DNA from: an uncultured Candidatus Saccharibacteria bacterium
GTDB taxonomy: Bacteria > Patescibacteriota > Minisyncoccia > Phycocordibacterales > GWA1-40-21
Direction: 5' to 3'
NCBI GenBank assembly: GCA_964562105.1
Contig: CAZLRP010000002.1
Coordinates: 19,222-83,221 of the forward strand
DNA: 64,000 bases
Part shown: piece after piece, positions 20,501 through 29,456 of the stretch
How the letters are laid out: the number at the start of each line of letters is the position of its first letter
Position numbering within the stretch: position 1 is the stretch's first letter
Position numbers and translations under genes: made by a program
The notes under the pieces: model-generated
Databases searched by the model: none
The model's input: only the letters and a program-made list of their open reading frames with translations
What the model was told of the DNA's origin: nothing

Positions 20501-20843
20501 TCATCCTCTTGATAAATACAGAGCCACTTTGGAAAAACAGCCGATAAACATAAAAAGAATTATAGAAGAAACAGAAACTGTCAAAAAAGAAATTGATGGT
20601 GGCAAACCAATCGGTGGAATCATAGAAGAGGTTCGAGAAATTATGACAAAAAATAATGAGCCCATGGCTTTCATCAAAATTGCTGATTTCACCGGTTCAA
20701 TTGACGCTGTGGTCTTCCCAAGAACTTATTCACAATTTAAATCCGCCATCGCTCCCGATAAATGTATCGCAGCAATATGCAAAGTTTCAGAAAGAAATGG
20801 AGAAATAAGTTTGATTATTGAGAGGTTAAAGGTTTTGGAATAG
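17571..20843 (+). CDS. dnaE: DNA polymerase III alpha subunit
   Basis: HLHTHSHYSLL PHP domain, RGSVAGS, FERFLNPER, PDIDMDF, YGFNKAHA. Confidence 0.98.
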   Translation: MPKFIHLHTHSHYSLLNALPKLKELIHTAKDLDMPALALTDAGNMYGAIEFYQNCKKNGIKPIIGVDFYVAARTRTDKQGGVDNRRTRLVLLAKNEIGYKNLIKLVTDSYFEGFYYKPRIDRELIEKYSDDLVCIMPHFSGETSHALKNGDIEKAENIINWYKKVYGKENFFLEVTHHPEIEGQIELKEKIIKLAKETNTQIVAGHDVYYLKPEDKMARDTLVQVNSHSDFSDREQKESADDFSFISSEKAEEYFKDIPKALENTLKIADMCNIEIKLGKEAWVFPDFVVESGLTHDEELKRLTYLGIDKRNLSHSKEVIDRVEYELKIIKDKGYSKYFLVVSDLLRFSAENGIYTNIRGSVAGSIVTYLTGITKVNPLEYKLPFERFLNPERPSAPDIDMDFADNRRDDVINYTRQKYGKDNVAQIGTFGTMMARGAVRDVARAMGFPLPLADKIAKLVPLGAQGFPMTLKKALRDVPELKEMYDNNKDTKTIIDMAEKIEGCARHISVHAAGVVIAPTALTKYVPLQYDPKGEGKIITQYDMHTVGEDGVGLLKFDFLGIKNLSILADAVDRVKKIENIDLDIEAIPLDDKLTFEMLARGETTGLFQLNGSGMTKYLKDLKPTTIHDINAMVALYRPGPIEMIPEYIDRKHHPEKIKYLDPRLKEILDQSYGVITYQDDVMLTAIKLAGYSWLEADKLRKAMGKKIPAEMQAQKEKLLKGFVEHGLTEKKADTLWKLIEPFAAYGFNKAHAASYGRVSYQTAYMKANFPAIYMSSVLTADSGDVEKIGEFITDCKKMGIPVLPPSVNESFSDFTVVKTPSVSPHGTGPDRDKIRFGLTTIKNFGEGISKTIIHERKAKGKFKSLSDFLERIQTKDMNKRSLEALIKTGALDDLPAQSGFADRGVMLANMENLLRYNKEVSKRDQNQDSLFGIFDGNNTPDDTKKYEAFTLESAEKATMKDKLAWEKDLLGLYISGHPLDKYRATLEKQPINIKRIIEETETVKKEIDGGKPIGGIIEEVREIMTKNNEPMAFIKIADFTGSIDAVVFPRTYSQFKSAIAPDKCIAAICKVSERNGEISLIIERLKVLE

Positions 20844-20846
20844 TAT

Positions 20847-20875
20847 TTGACTTATAAAACTCAATTGACTATCAT
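20847..20875 (+). promoter_or_regulatory. sigma70-type promoter of the thrS leader
   Basis: TTGACT-17 nt-TATCAT immediately before T-box stem I. Confidence 0.7.
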
Positions 20876-20881
20876 AGACAC

Positions 20882-21040
20882 ATAGAAATTGGTGGCTACC
20901 AACCACAATTATGACGATTTCTATATTAAAAGAGAACTCTGCTTCGCATGAAGCTACGCAGGGCAAGAAATCGGGTGGAACCGCGAGTAGAATCGCCCCG
21001 ACAAAAAACGATAACTCGTTTTTTGTCGGGGCTGTTTTAT
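20882..21040 (+). promoter_or_regulatory. T-box riboswitch (Thr) with very short stem I
   Basis: Antiterminator TCGGG-[TGGAACC]-GCGA...TCGC-CCCGA (20971-21001); overlapping terminator GCCCCGACAAAAAACGA/TCGTTTTTTGTCGGGGC plus T-rich tail; ACC in stem I loop; upstream of thrS. Confidence 0.85.
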
Positions 21041-21043
21041 TTA

Positions 21044-21155
21044 AACATACGAATATACAAATATTACTAATGGTACAAATGGCTACAAATAATTAATTCG
21101 TTTCGAATTTATTCGTAGCCATTCGTATCATTCGCATAATTCGTTAATTCGTAAT
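21044..21155. repeat. Inverted pair of ~9-nt tandem arrays (ACGAAT/ATTCGT)
   Basis: Left arm matches revcomp of 29401-29451; right arm matches revcomp of 36192-36250. Confidence 0.85.
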
Positions 21156-21169
21156 AACATCATAAAAAT

Positions 21170-22960
21170 ATGGAAAACGAAAAATTACACAGAATGAGAC
21201 ACTCGCTCGCCCACATACTTGGCGCAGCTGTTATCGAATTGTATCCTGATGTAAAAATAGCAACAGGTCCAGCAATTGAAAACGGTTTTTATTATGATTT
21301 TGATTTTTCCGCACCGATTACAGACAAAGACCTTGGAAAAATTGAGCAAAAAATACGTGAACTTTCAAAAAAAATAAAATCTTTTGATAAAGCAGAAATT
21401 TCGGAGAATGATGCAAAGAAACTTTTCGCAGACAATCCATATAAACTTGAGCTTATAGATGAATATGCAAAAGACGGAAAAACTCTTACTGCTTATACTT
21501 CGGGAGATTTTACAGACCTTTGCGCAGGCCCTCACGTAGAAAGTATGGATGAAATTAAAAATAGCGCTTGGAAACTTGAAAGGCTTGCCGGAGCATATTG
21601 GAAAGGAGATGAAAACAATAAAATGCTTACAAGAATTTACGGCTTAGCATTTCCAACAAAAGAAGAACTTGATGCATACGAAAAACAACAAGAAGAAGCT
21701 AAGAAAAGAGATCATAGAAAGCTTGGAAAAGATTTAGATCTTTTTCACATGGATGAAAAAGTTGGGCTCGGTCTCCCTTTATGGCATCCAAAAGGAGCTA
21801 TGCTATGGAGAATCATTGAAGATTTTTGGTATCAGGAGCATCTCAAAAATGACTACGATTTAGTAAGAAGCCCGCATATAGGTAAAAAAGAATTATGGGA
21901 AACATCAGGTCATTGGGGTTTTTATAATTCAAGCATGTATCCTCCGCTTGAAGCAGGACAAACATTGAAAGAAAAACAGGAAGGTAAAAAAATTGAACAT
22001 TCTGAGGAATACTTACTTAAACCAATGAATTGTCCTTTTCATGTTCAGATATATAAAAACAGTCCAAAATCCTACAGAGAATTCCCTTTCAGATGGGCAG
22101 AATGTGGAACGGTTTACAGATTTGAGAAAAAAGGTGAACTTTCCGGACTAACTAGAGTAAGAGGATTCACACAAGACGACGCACACATACTTTGTAGAAA
22201 AGATCAGGTTGAAGATGAATTAAAAAGAGTCATTGATTTTATTTTATTTATTTATAAATCTTTTGGTTTTGATATTAGTTCAGTAAAGGTATTTCTTTCT
22301 TTGAGAGATCCAAATAATAAAGAAAAATATGCCGGTAATGATGAAGGTTGGGATTTTACTGAAGAAGTTTTAAGAAAAGTTGCCATAGAGAAAAAACTTG
22401 ATTTTGCAGAAGAAAAAGGAGAAGCGGCATTTTATGGACCAAAACTTGATTTTAAAGTCAAAGATGCTCTAGGAAGATTGTGGCAATGTTCCACACTACA
22501 ATTTGATTTTAATTTGCCTGAAAGATTTGATCTAACATTCATGAATTCAAAAAGCGAACAAGAAAGACCATACATGCTTCATAGAGCTCTCTTTGGAAGC
22601 TTTGAAAGATTTATAGGACTACTCATTGAACATTATTCTGGTGCATTCCCTCTCTGGCTCGCACCCGTGCAAATAAAAATAGTTCCGATAAGAGAAAATC
22701 ATAACGAGCATGCAGAAAAAATTTCTAAGGAACTAAAAGATGCTGGGTTCAGAGTAGATTGCGATACAAAAGAAGGAAATATGGGAGGAAAAGTTCGCGA
22801 TGCAAAAAATAATAAAATTCCTTATACGATAATCATCGGAGACAAAGATATTGAAGCTAAAAAAATATCAGTGGAATCAAGAGATAAAGGACAGCTCGGT
22901 CAGATGGATTTGAAAGATTTTATTGAAAAGATTGAAAAAGAAAAGGAAAACAGAGAGTAA
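21170..22960 (+). CDS. thrS: Threonyl-tRNA synthetase
   Basis: RHSLAH, DLCAGPH, RDHRKLG, LKPMNCP, RVRGFTQDDAH, AFYGPKLD. Confidence 0.98.
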   Translation: MENEKLHRMRHSLAHILGAAVIELYPDVKIATGPAIENGFYYDFDFSAPITDKDLGKIEQKIRELSKKIKSFDKAEISENDAKKLFADNPYKLELIDEYAKDGKTLTAYTSGDFTDLCAGPHVESMDEIKNSAWKLERLAGAYWKGDENNKMLTRIYGLAFPTKEELDAYEKQQEEAKKRDHRKLGKDLDLFHMDEKVGLGLPLWHPKGAMLWRIIEDFWYQEHLKNDYDLVRSPHIGKKELWETSGHWGFYNSSMYPPLEAGQTLKEKQEGKKIEHSEEYLLKPMNCPFHVQIYKNSPKSYREFPFRWAECGTVYRFEKKGELSGLTRVRGFTQDDAHILCRKDQVEDELKRVIDFILFIYKSFGFDISSVKVFLSLRDPNNKEKYAGNDEGWDFTEEVLRKVAIEKKLDFAEEKGEAAFYGPKLDFKVKDALGRLWQCSTLQFDFNLPERFDLTFMNSKSEQERPYMLHRALFGSFERFIGLLIEHYSGAFPLWLAPVQIKIVPIRENHNEHAEKISKELKDAGFRVDCDTKEGNMGGKVRDAKNNKIPYTIIIGDKDIEAKKISVESRDKGQLGQMDLKDFIEKIEKEKENRE

Positions 22961-23005
22961 AAAAGGCGGTTCTGCGCAGCTTTATGCGAAGCAGAACCGC
23001 CTTTT
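22961..23005. terminator. Bidirectional hairpin, repeat family shared with 24848-24904 and 20939-20961
   Basis: AAAAGGCGGTTCTGC...GCAGAACCGCCTTTT. Confidence 0.8.
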
Positions 23006-23016
23006 TTATTACTTTT

Positions 23017-23664
23017 TTAATTGTTAGTCAAACTTTTTTTAGCTACAAATTCAGACTTCACAACATATCTGTCGGTGTTATCGGATTTCGTACTAAAATT
23101 ATTACATGTAGAGATGGTCAGTATCTTACTTTTAGTATTGAACTCAACCATTGCTTTATCAGCGCTTTCCACTGATACAGACAAAACTTTATATACATAT
23201 TCATACTTATCCGAAAAAACATGGACTAAATCTCCTTGTTTCAAATTCTGCAATCCATTAAATGTTTTATATGCTTGATTATTAACAAGCTTGATTCCCG
23301 TGCTATGACCAAAAAGAAAAATATTTCCGCTCCCTCCTAAAAGTCCGGAGCCTGGATATCTTACTGCGCCTTTCAAAAGATAATCATTGAGTACTTCTAT
23401 ACTTGTAGTAGCGGGATTATAGATTTGAGAATCTACACCAATAGCGGGAATTTTTATATTAAGAGGCAATTCTCCAATTTGATTGCCTTTAAAATCTTGT
23501 CCTGGCTCTCTACCAAAAATTGATTTTAGTTGTTCTGGCACTAAATTAAAAAAATATAACGTGGAAAAAGTAAGAATTAATATAATAAAAAGATTAACAA
23601 AAAAATAGCCTTTGTTTTTTGAGATTAACTCTATAATTCCCTGCTTTTGCTGTTTATTGTCCAT
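23017..23664 (-). CDS. Sortase-family protein
   Basis: N-terminal TM; IPAIG, LFGHS (His), LTISTC (Cys), RYVV (Arg). Confidence 0.88.
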   Translation of the reverse strand: MDNKQQKQGIIELISKNKGYFFVNLFIILILTFSTLYFFNLVPEQLKSIFGREPGQDFKGNQIGELPLNIKIPAIGVDSQIYNPATTSIEVLNDYLLKGAVRYPGSGLLGGSGNIFLFGHSTGIKLVNNQAYKTFNGLQNLKQGDLVHVFSDKYEYVYKVLSVSVESADKAMVEFNTKSKILTISTCNNFSTKSDNTDRYVVKSEFVAKKSLTNN

Positions 23665-23696
23665 TAATGTTAAATTAAACTTCTATTGTTAGGATT

Positions 23697-23736
23697 ATGT
23701 TAGCATCTTGACACTGAAAGTCAAGTGGTGTACAGT
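23697..23736. promoter_or_regulatory. Overlapping divergent promoters
   Basis: + strand TTGACA(23708)-17-TACAGT; - strand TTGACT(23724)-16-TAACAT. Confidence 0.55.
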
Positions 23737-23772
23737 AGTAGCGAACTAATTTAGCGAATTAATAATAAAACT

Positions 23773-24813
23773 ATGAATAATAAAGAAACAGAAAACAGAA
23801 AAACATTATACGAAAAAGCCGAAGAAGCATTCGGTACTGCTCTGATGTCAGCGGGAATCGTTCTTGTTGTATTATTTTTGCTTTGGATTCCTCTTAAGCT
23901 TATTCCGGCTATATATAGCCGTGGTACAAACTACGTGTCCACTTCCCTATCATCTTTATTTATTTCTGGAGATGCAACTTCAACTCAGCAAAATATAACA
24001 AATACAAATACGCCTGTAAAAACAAACAGCAATCCAACTGTAAATACAAGCGTAACATCAAATACAAAAACGACTTATTCTAATATTCAAGTACAAAAAA
24101 CTTACTATGGCAAACCAGATCTGCAAATTACTCTCATAGGTACAGGTATTATAGATCCAGCATCTGGACAATTTACTTTGACAAATTATGCAGGATTTAA
24201 CGATGAAATCGCCATAAGATTTGAAGTAAAAAATATAGGAACAAATATTTCTGGTCCATGGAAACTTAGAATTAATACCCCTTCAAGAACAACTCCTTAT
24301 TATGATTCTGCCTATCAAACTTCTATAAAACCAGGAGACAGAATTATTTTTACAACAAGTTTCAATAGCCCTACAGCTACAGGCATTAATACAGCTTATA
24401 TTACAGCCGACCCATTAAATGTGGTTAATGAAATTTCTGAAAGCAATAATCAGATCACAGTTCCCATCAAAATTGAAGGTACTTCATATAGTTACAACAA
24501 TAATTACAACTACGGAAGCTATGTTGCAACACCAAATCTTCCTTACGGTACTTTATTTACATGGACAAATATAAATGCAAATTGTTATGCCAATCCTCAA
24601 ACATCATATCCGGGTAGTCCAATAACATGGTACGCCACGGCTTCGGGAGGAAACGGATATTTCACATACTCTTGGAGCGGGTCAGATTCATTGAACGGAA
24701 ATCAAAGCGCTGTTTCAAAAATATATTATTATTCAGGGACAAGAACAGCGAGAGTTACAGTAACTTCAAATGGCCAATCGGTAACGACACAATGCAGTGC
24801 GTACATTTACTAA
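23773..24813 (+). CDS. Membrane-anchored surface protein with CARDB and PKD-like Ig domains
   Basis: N-terminal TM, S/T/N linker, KPDL...VKNIG...ADPLNVVNEISESNN (CARDB), GGNGYFTYSWSG. Confidence 0.8.
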   Translation: MNNKETENRKTLYEKAEEAFGTALMSAGIVLVVLFLLWIPLKLIPAIYSRGTNYVSTSLSSLFISGDATSTQQNITNTNTPVKTNSNPTVNTSVTSNTKTTYSNIQVQKTYYGKPDLQITLIGTGIIDPASGQFTLTNYAGFNDEIAIRFEVKNIGTNISGPWKLRINTPSRTTPYYDSAYQTSIKPGDRIIFTTSFNSPTATGINTAYITADPLNVVNEISESNNQITVPIKIEGTSYSYNNNYNYGSYVATPNLPYGTLFTWTNINANCYANPQTSYPGSPITWYATASGGNGYFTYSWSGSDSLNGNQSAVSKIYYYSGTRTARVTVTSNGQSVTTQCSAYIY

Positions 24814-24847
24814 AAATAGAAGGTAGAATATAGGATATAGAAAATAT

Positions 24848-24904
24848 AAATACAAAAGGCGGTTCTGCGTAGCTTTATGCGAAGCAGAACCGCCTTTTGT
24901 ATTT
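24848..24904. terminator. Bidirectional hairpin nested in AG-rich inverted arrays
   Basis: AAATACAAAAGGCGGTTCTGC...GCAGAACCGCCTTTTGTATTT. Confidence 0.8.
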
Positions 24905-24942
24905 TGCATTGAATTTCCTATCTTCTACCTTTTACATTCTGT

Positions 24943-27024
24943 TTATATGTCTATATTCGCCAATTTTGCATTTGACTGTATAAAAGCTTTTCTTGATGGG
25001 ACATCTGTTCCCATAAGCATATCAAAAATTTTATCTGCTTCTTGTGCATCATCAATGGTAACTCTCTTCATCATCCTCCTTGCAGGGTCCATCGTTGTTT
25101 CCCAAAGTTCATCTGCATTCATTTCTCCCAAACCTTTATACCTTTGAACTGAAACTTTTGGACCTCTTTTATTTTCAACCTCCGTATTTTCAGCAACTTC
25201 CTCTTCTACAGATTCAACTTCAGCTACCTCAGTATCAGAAATTTTTGACTTTTTAAAAAATGTTTCTTTTTCTTCCTCTGTATAAAAATAATGAACTTCT
25301 TTTCCTACCTTAACTTTGTAAAGTGGTGGCTGAGCAATACAAATATGTCCGCCGTCAATCAACGGTTTAAAATATCTATAGAACAAAGTCAGAAGAAGAG
25401 TCGTGATGTGCGCTCCATCAACATCTGCATCAGTTGCAATAATTATTTTATGATATCTTAATTTTTCAATATCAAATGTATCACCTATCGCAGCACCAAG
25501 TGCAACAACAAGATTTTTAATTTGTTCGGAATCAAGCATTTTATCAAGTCTTGCTCTTTCAACATTCAAAATTTTTCCTCTGAGCGGAAGAATAGCTTGT
25601 ATTTTTCTATCACGTCCCATTTTTGCCGTACCGCCTGCAGAATCTCCCTCCACAATAATCAACTCTGATTCCGAAGCGTCCTTACTCTGACAATCCGCGA
25701 GCTTTCCTGGAAGTGTCATTCCTTCAAGTGCTCCTTTCCTAAGAATAGAATCCTTTGCAGCCTTAGCTGCTTTTCTGGCCTTAAGAGCCAAAATTACCTT
25801 AGAAATTATCGCTCTGGCATCATCTGGGTTTTCCTCAAGAAACATACCAAAAGCCTCTCCAAAGACCTCTTCTACAGCACCGCGGGCCTCTACAGAACCG
25901 AGTTTTGCTTTAGTTTGTCCTTCAAATTGTATTTCGCGAATTTTTACAGAAATAACAGCAGTCAAACCTTCAAGCACATCATCTCCGGTAAAATTATCCT
26001 CGCTTTCTTTTGTGAGATTATTCTTTCTAGCATAATTATTTAATGATCTCGTGAGAGAGGTTTTGAAACCTGTGATATGTGTTCCTCCTTCCGGAGTTTC
26101 AATATCATTGGCGAATGCCATAATTCTAGAAGAAATATCATCTACATATTGCAAAGAAATTTCCACCGACTCAACTCCTGTTGCTTTTTTCTCAATATAA
26201 AAAACATTTTTGTGTATTGGCTTTTGAAATTGATTGTAAAACTTAACAAGAGATAAAAGACCTCCCTCAAAACAAAACGATTGAGATGGGGCTTCTATTC
26301 CATATTCTGAAAAATAAAATATTTCCTTATCACCAAATTTTTCCGTAACTTCTCTTGCATCAATAGCGGTAATTTTTAAACTTTTTACAAGATATGCTTG
26401 TTGTCTCATATGAGAAACAACTCTATTAAAATCAAAAACTATTCCTTCTTTAAAAATTTCTGGATCCGGTTCAAAATTTACCACAGTCCCGTGATTGCTT
26501 GTTTTTCCAATTTTCTTAACAGAAGACTTTACTTTTCCTCTAGCATATTCTTGCATGTATGCAGTACCTTCTTTATGCACAATTACTTTCATATAAGTAG
26601 AAAGTGCATTCACAACTGAAGCTCCCACTCCGTGAAGTCCTCCGGAAACTTTGTATCCGGTGCCTTCTCCTCCAAACTTTCCTCCTGCATGAAGTACGGT
26701 CATAATCGTTTCAAGCGCAGAAACTTTTGTTTGTTTGTGAATATCAATAGGAATGCCTCTTCCGTTATCCGTAACTCTTACTCTGTTTCCTGGCAACAAA
26801 ACTACTTCAATACGGTCAGCAAAACCGCCCATAGCTTCATCGCGGGCATTATCAAAAATTTCAGTAATAAGATGCTGTAATCCATCGGGCCCCGTTGTCC
26901 CAATATACATCCCAGGACGCCTTCTAACCGGCTCTAAACCCTCAAGGACTTGAATGGAACTGGCATCATATTTAGCCTCTTTTTTGCTGTTTTTTACCTC
27001 TTTTTCGTCTTTATTTTTTGCCAT
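24943..27024 (-). CDS. gyrB: DNA gyrase subunit B
   Basis: VRRRPGMYIG, DNGRGIP, SGGLHGVG, VEGDSAGG, PLRGK, TDADVDG, RYKGLGEM. Confidence 0.95.
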   Translation of the reverse strand: MAKNKDEKEVKNSKKEAKYDASSIQVLEGLEPVRRRPGMYIGTTGPDGLQHLITEIFDNARDEAMGGFADRIEVVLLPGNRVRVTDNGRGIPIDIHKQTKVSALETIMTVLHAGGKFGGEGTGYKVSGGLHGVGASVVNALSTYMKVIVHKEGTAYMQEYARGKVKSSVKKIGKTSNHGTVVNFEPDPEIFKEGIVFDFNRVVSHMRQQAYLVKSLKITAIDAREVTEKFGDKEIFYFSEYGIEAPSQSFCFEGGLLSLVKFYNQFQKPIHKNVFYIEKKATGVESVEISLQYVDDISSRIMAFANDIETPEGGTHITGFKTSLTRSLNNYARKNNLTKESEDNFTGDDVLEGLTAVISVKIREIQFEGQTKAKLGSVEARGAVEEVFGEAFGMFLEENPDDARAIISKVILALKARKAAKAAKDSILRKGALEGMTLPGKLADCQSKDASESELIIVEGDSAGGTAKMGRDRKIQAILPLRGKILNVERARLDKMLDSEQIKNLVVALGAAIGDTFDIEKLRYHKIIIATDADVDGAHITTLLLTLFYRYFKPLIDGGHICIAQPPLYKVKVGKEVHYFYTEEEKETFFKKSKISDTEVAEVESVEEEVAENTEVENKRGPKVSVQRYKGLGEMNADELWETTMDPARRMMKRVTIDDAQEADKIFDMLMGTDVPSRKAFIQSNAKLANIDI

Positions 27025-27184
27025 AAATTAAAAATAGCTGTTAGCTTTTTATACCTAAATTATAGCAAATTTTCATGATAAAAGGAAGCCAAAAATGAGC
27101 ATTTTATCCTCTTGTATATTTGGTTATTTGTGTTATTCTAGCTATCGGATTAGTACAAAAAAAACTTTTGAGGGAGGTGGAAAT

Positions 27185-27361
27185 ATGACAAAATCAGAGG
27201 AACTTTCCAAAATTCTTGATGAGATTGTCACAAAAGCAAAAAAACAAGGAGTGGAGAGAGACGATATCGCGCAAGAAACAATCGAACTGATTGCCAAAGG
27301 ATGTCAGATTCCTGTGGAAGAAGTTCATACGCACCTCGATCAAAAGTGGAATTTAAAATAA
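27185..27361 (+). CDS. Small hypothetical protein in an SD-led cassette
   Basis: GGGAGGT 6 nt before ATG 27185; hairpin terminator 27365-27400. Confidence 0.7.
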   Translation: MTKSEELSKILDEIVTKAKKQGVERDDIAQETIELIAKGCQIPVEEVHTHLDQKWNLK

Positions 27362-27410
27362 TGATAAAAAAGCACCAATTTTTATTCTTGGTGCTTTTTA
27401 TTTTTATTTA

Positions 27411-29378
27411 CTACCTGACCTGCCAACCATCATTCGCATTCATTTTTTCAGTGATTTTTGCCATAATAACATTTACTTCGTCATCAGTAAGAGTTCTATC
27501 ATAAGATTGAAAAACAATTCTGTATGCATACGACGTCTTTTTTGTTCCGTCTTCAAAAGTTTTGGTAAATACGTCAAACAATCTGTTCTTTATCATAAGT
27601 TCGCCAGCTTCCTTGTTTATTATTTCCAAAACATTTTCCGCTTTTGTCTCTTCTGGAGTAAATACAGCAATATCGCGTATCATAAATGGAAACTGGGAAA
27701 TTTTCTTATATTTTTTATTTTTATCGCCGATTTCTGAAAAATCGTATTCTGTCATGTCGGGGAACTTTTCAAGCATTTTCTCAAAATTAAATTCGGCGAT
27801 ATTCTCTTCTTGATTTATCTTTATTAATTTTGTATTTAATTTCTTTTCAATTACAACAATTACATCATTTATAACATCCTGCTCCTTTGGTTTTTTTAAA
27901 CCTATCGGATTTTTGACACCAATTACAAAATTACTTTCTTCCCCACTATTTTTAAATACGTGTCCGAATTCAAAAATTTTTATCTGTGGCATATCCACAA
28001 GCTCAGAATATCTTGAATTAAAATCTAAACTTTCTTTTAAACCGTCTGTGAGATTTGTCCTTAAAAACTTTTTTTCCGGAGACATTGGATTAGAAAGCTC
28101 AATCTCGCCTTTTTCCACAAAAGTGTAATTTATCACCTCCGAAAAACCCTCTTCATAAAGAATTCTTCTGATTTTTTCTTTATATGTAAAACCTTTGTCT
28201 ATTTTTACTTTCTCTGTATTTTTAGGAACAGGGATATCTTTTATTTTTTCGTAGCCATAAACTCTACCAATTTCCTCGGCCAAATCTTCTTTGATTCTCA
28301 AATCCAATCTTTCATCCGGAACTACAATTACAAACTCGTCACCTTCTTTTTTCCACTCAAATCCAAATCTGTTAAATATGTCTTCTATATCAGAATCTTT
28401 TATTAGAACACCTATTATTAAACTAGCTTCTTCCGCTCTAATTCCGAGTTTGATCTTTTCTGCCTTAGTTGGATAATTATCTACAACTTCTCCAACTTTT
28501 GTATCTTTTGTGCCAGCAATCTCTACAATAAGTTTTGTAAGAATATCCATTGCTTCACCACAAAGTTCTTGAGTCAGGTCGTTTTCATATCTCTTTGAAG
28601 CATCTGTCTGAATCTTTATTTTTTGCGCAGTTTTTCTTATTAAAACTGGATTAAAACTCGCTGATTCAAGAATTATATTTTTTGTATTTGTTTCAAGCTC
28701 GGCATAATTTCCTCCTTTTATTCCAGCAATAGCCAAAGGATTTTCTCCATCGGTAATAAGCAAAACACTTTCATCCAGATCTACTTCTTTTTTATCAAGC
28801 GTCGTAATTTTTTCTCCGTTCTTAGCATTTTTAACTACAATCTGTATTAATCCGCGTTCATCTGCGTTTTTGTTATCCGCATTCATCTGCGTTAATTTGT
28901 CCACGTCAAAGGCATGCATCGGCTGACCGATTTCCAACATCACAAAATTTGTCGCATCAACAATATTATTTATTGACCTTTGTCCTAACGTTTCGAGTTT
29001 TTCCTTAAGCCATGCTGGAGATGGGCCAACTTTTATATTTTCAACAACTCTTCCGATATATCTTCTGCATAAATTCGCATTTTCAATTATAACTCTCAAA
29101 TCTTTTGAGGTTTTTGAGACTGAAAAATCTTTAAAAACTTTTGAGCATAAATTCGGTTTGATTCCGGTCAGAACTCCGATTTCACGAGCAATTCCTCGAT
29201 GACAAAGACAACTGTGATTATTATTTGGAAGAGTTTTTGCATCAATCACAGTGTCATCGCCAATTTTTTCCAAGCTTTCAATCTCCATAGTGTGCATGGT
29301 CAAAATCTCCTCTATTTTTTGTGGAGCCGGTGCTTTGCCGTCAAAATATTCATTTAGCCATTTGTATGAAACTTTCAT
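27411..29378 (-). CDS. pheT: Phenylalanyl-tRNA synthetase beta (short form, apparently without B2 OB domain)
   Basis: MKVSYKWL, NNIVDATNFVMLEIGQPMHAFD, DLAEEIGRVYGY, RDIA, RTLTDDEV. Confidence 0.95.
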   Translation of the reverse strand: MKVSYKWLNEYFDGKAPAPQKIEEILTMHTMEIESLEKIGDDTVIDAKTLPNNNHSCLCHRGIAREIGVLTGIKPNLCSKVFKDFSVSKTSKDLRVIIENANLCRRYIGRVVENIKVGPSPAWLKEKLETLGQRSINNIVDATNFVMLEIGQPMHAFDVDKLTQMNADNKNADERGLIQIVVKNAKNGEKITTLDKKEVDLDESVLLITDGENPLAIAGIKGGNYAELETNTKNIILESASFNPVLIRKTAQKIKIQTDASKRYENDLTQELCGEAMDILTKLIVEIAGTKDTKVGEVVDNYPTKAEKIKLGIRAEEASLIIGVLIKDSDIEDIFNRFGFEWKKEGDEFVIVVPDERLDLRIKEDLAEEIGRVYGYEKIKDIPVPKNTEKVKIDKGFTYKEKIRRILYEEGFSEVINYTFVEKGEIELSNPMSPEKKFLRTNLTDGLKESLDFNSRYSELVDMPQIKIFEFGHVFKNSGEESNFVIGVKNPIGLKKPKEQDVINDVIVVIEKKLNTKLIKINQEENIAEFNFEKMLEKFPDMTEYDFSEIGDKNKKYKKISQFPFMIRDIAVFTPEETKAENVLEIINKEAGELMIKNRLFDVFTKTFEDGTKKTSYAYRIVFQSYDRTLTDDEVNVIMAKITEKMNANDGWQVR

Positions 29379-29400
29379 GATTGATCTGGTATTTAAATTT

Positions 29401-29451
29401 AATTATTTGTAGCCATTTGTATCATTCGAATAATTTGTATATTCGTATGTT
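29401..29451 (-). repeat. ACGAAT tandem array, left-arm copy, between pheS and pheT
   Basis: Revcomp nearly identical to 21044-21093. Confidence 0.85.
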
Positions 29452-29456
29452 CATCT

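Noticed and set aside
20911-21096. 61-aa ORF as a thrS leader peptide
   Set aside because: It runs through the T-box antiterminator, terminator and repeats; no Thr-codon run; the RNA structure explains the region
23707-23725. Palindrome CTTGAC-N7-GTCAAG as a repressor operator
   Set aside because: Adequately explained by two back-to-back -35 boxes of divergent promoters
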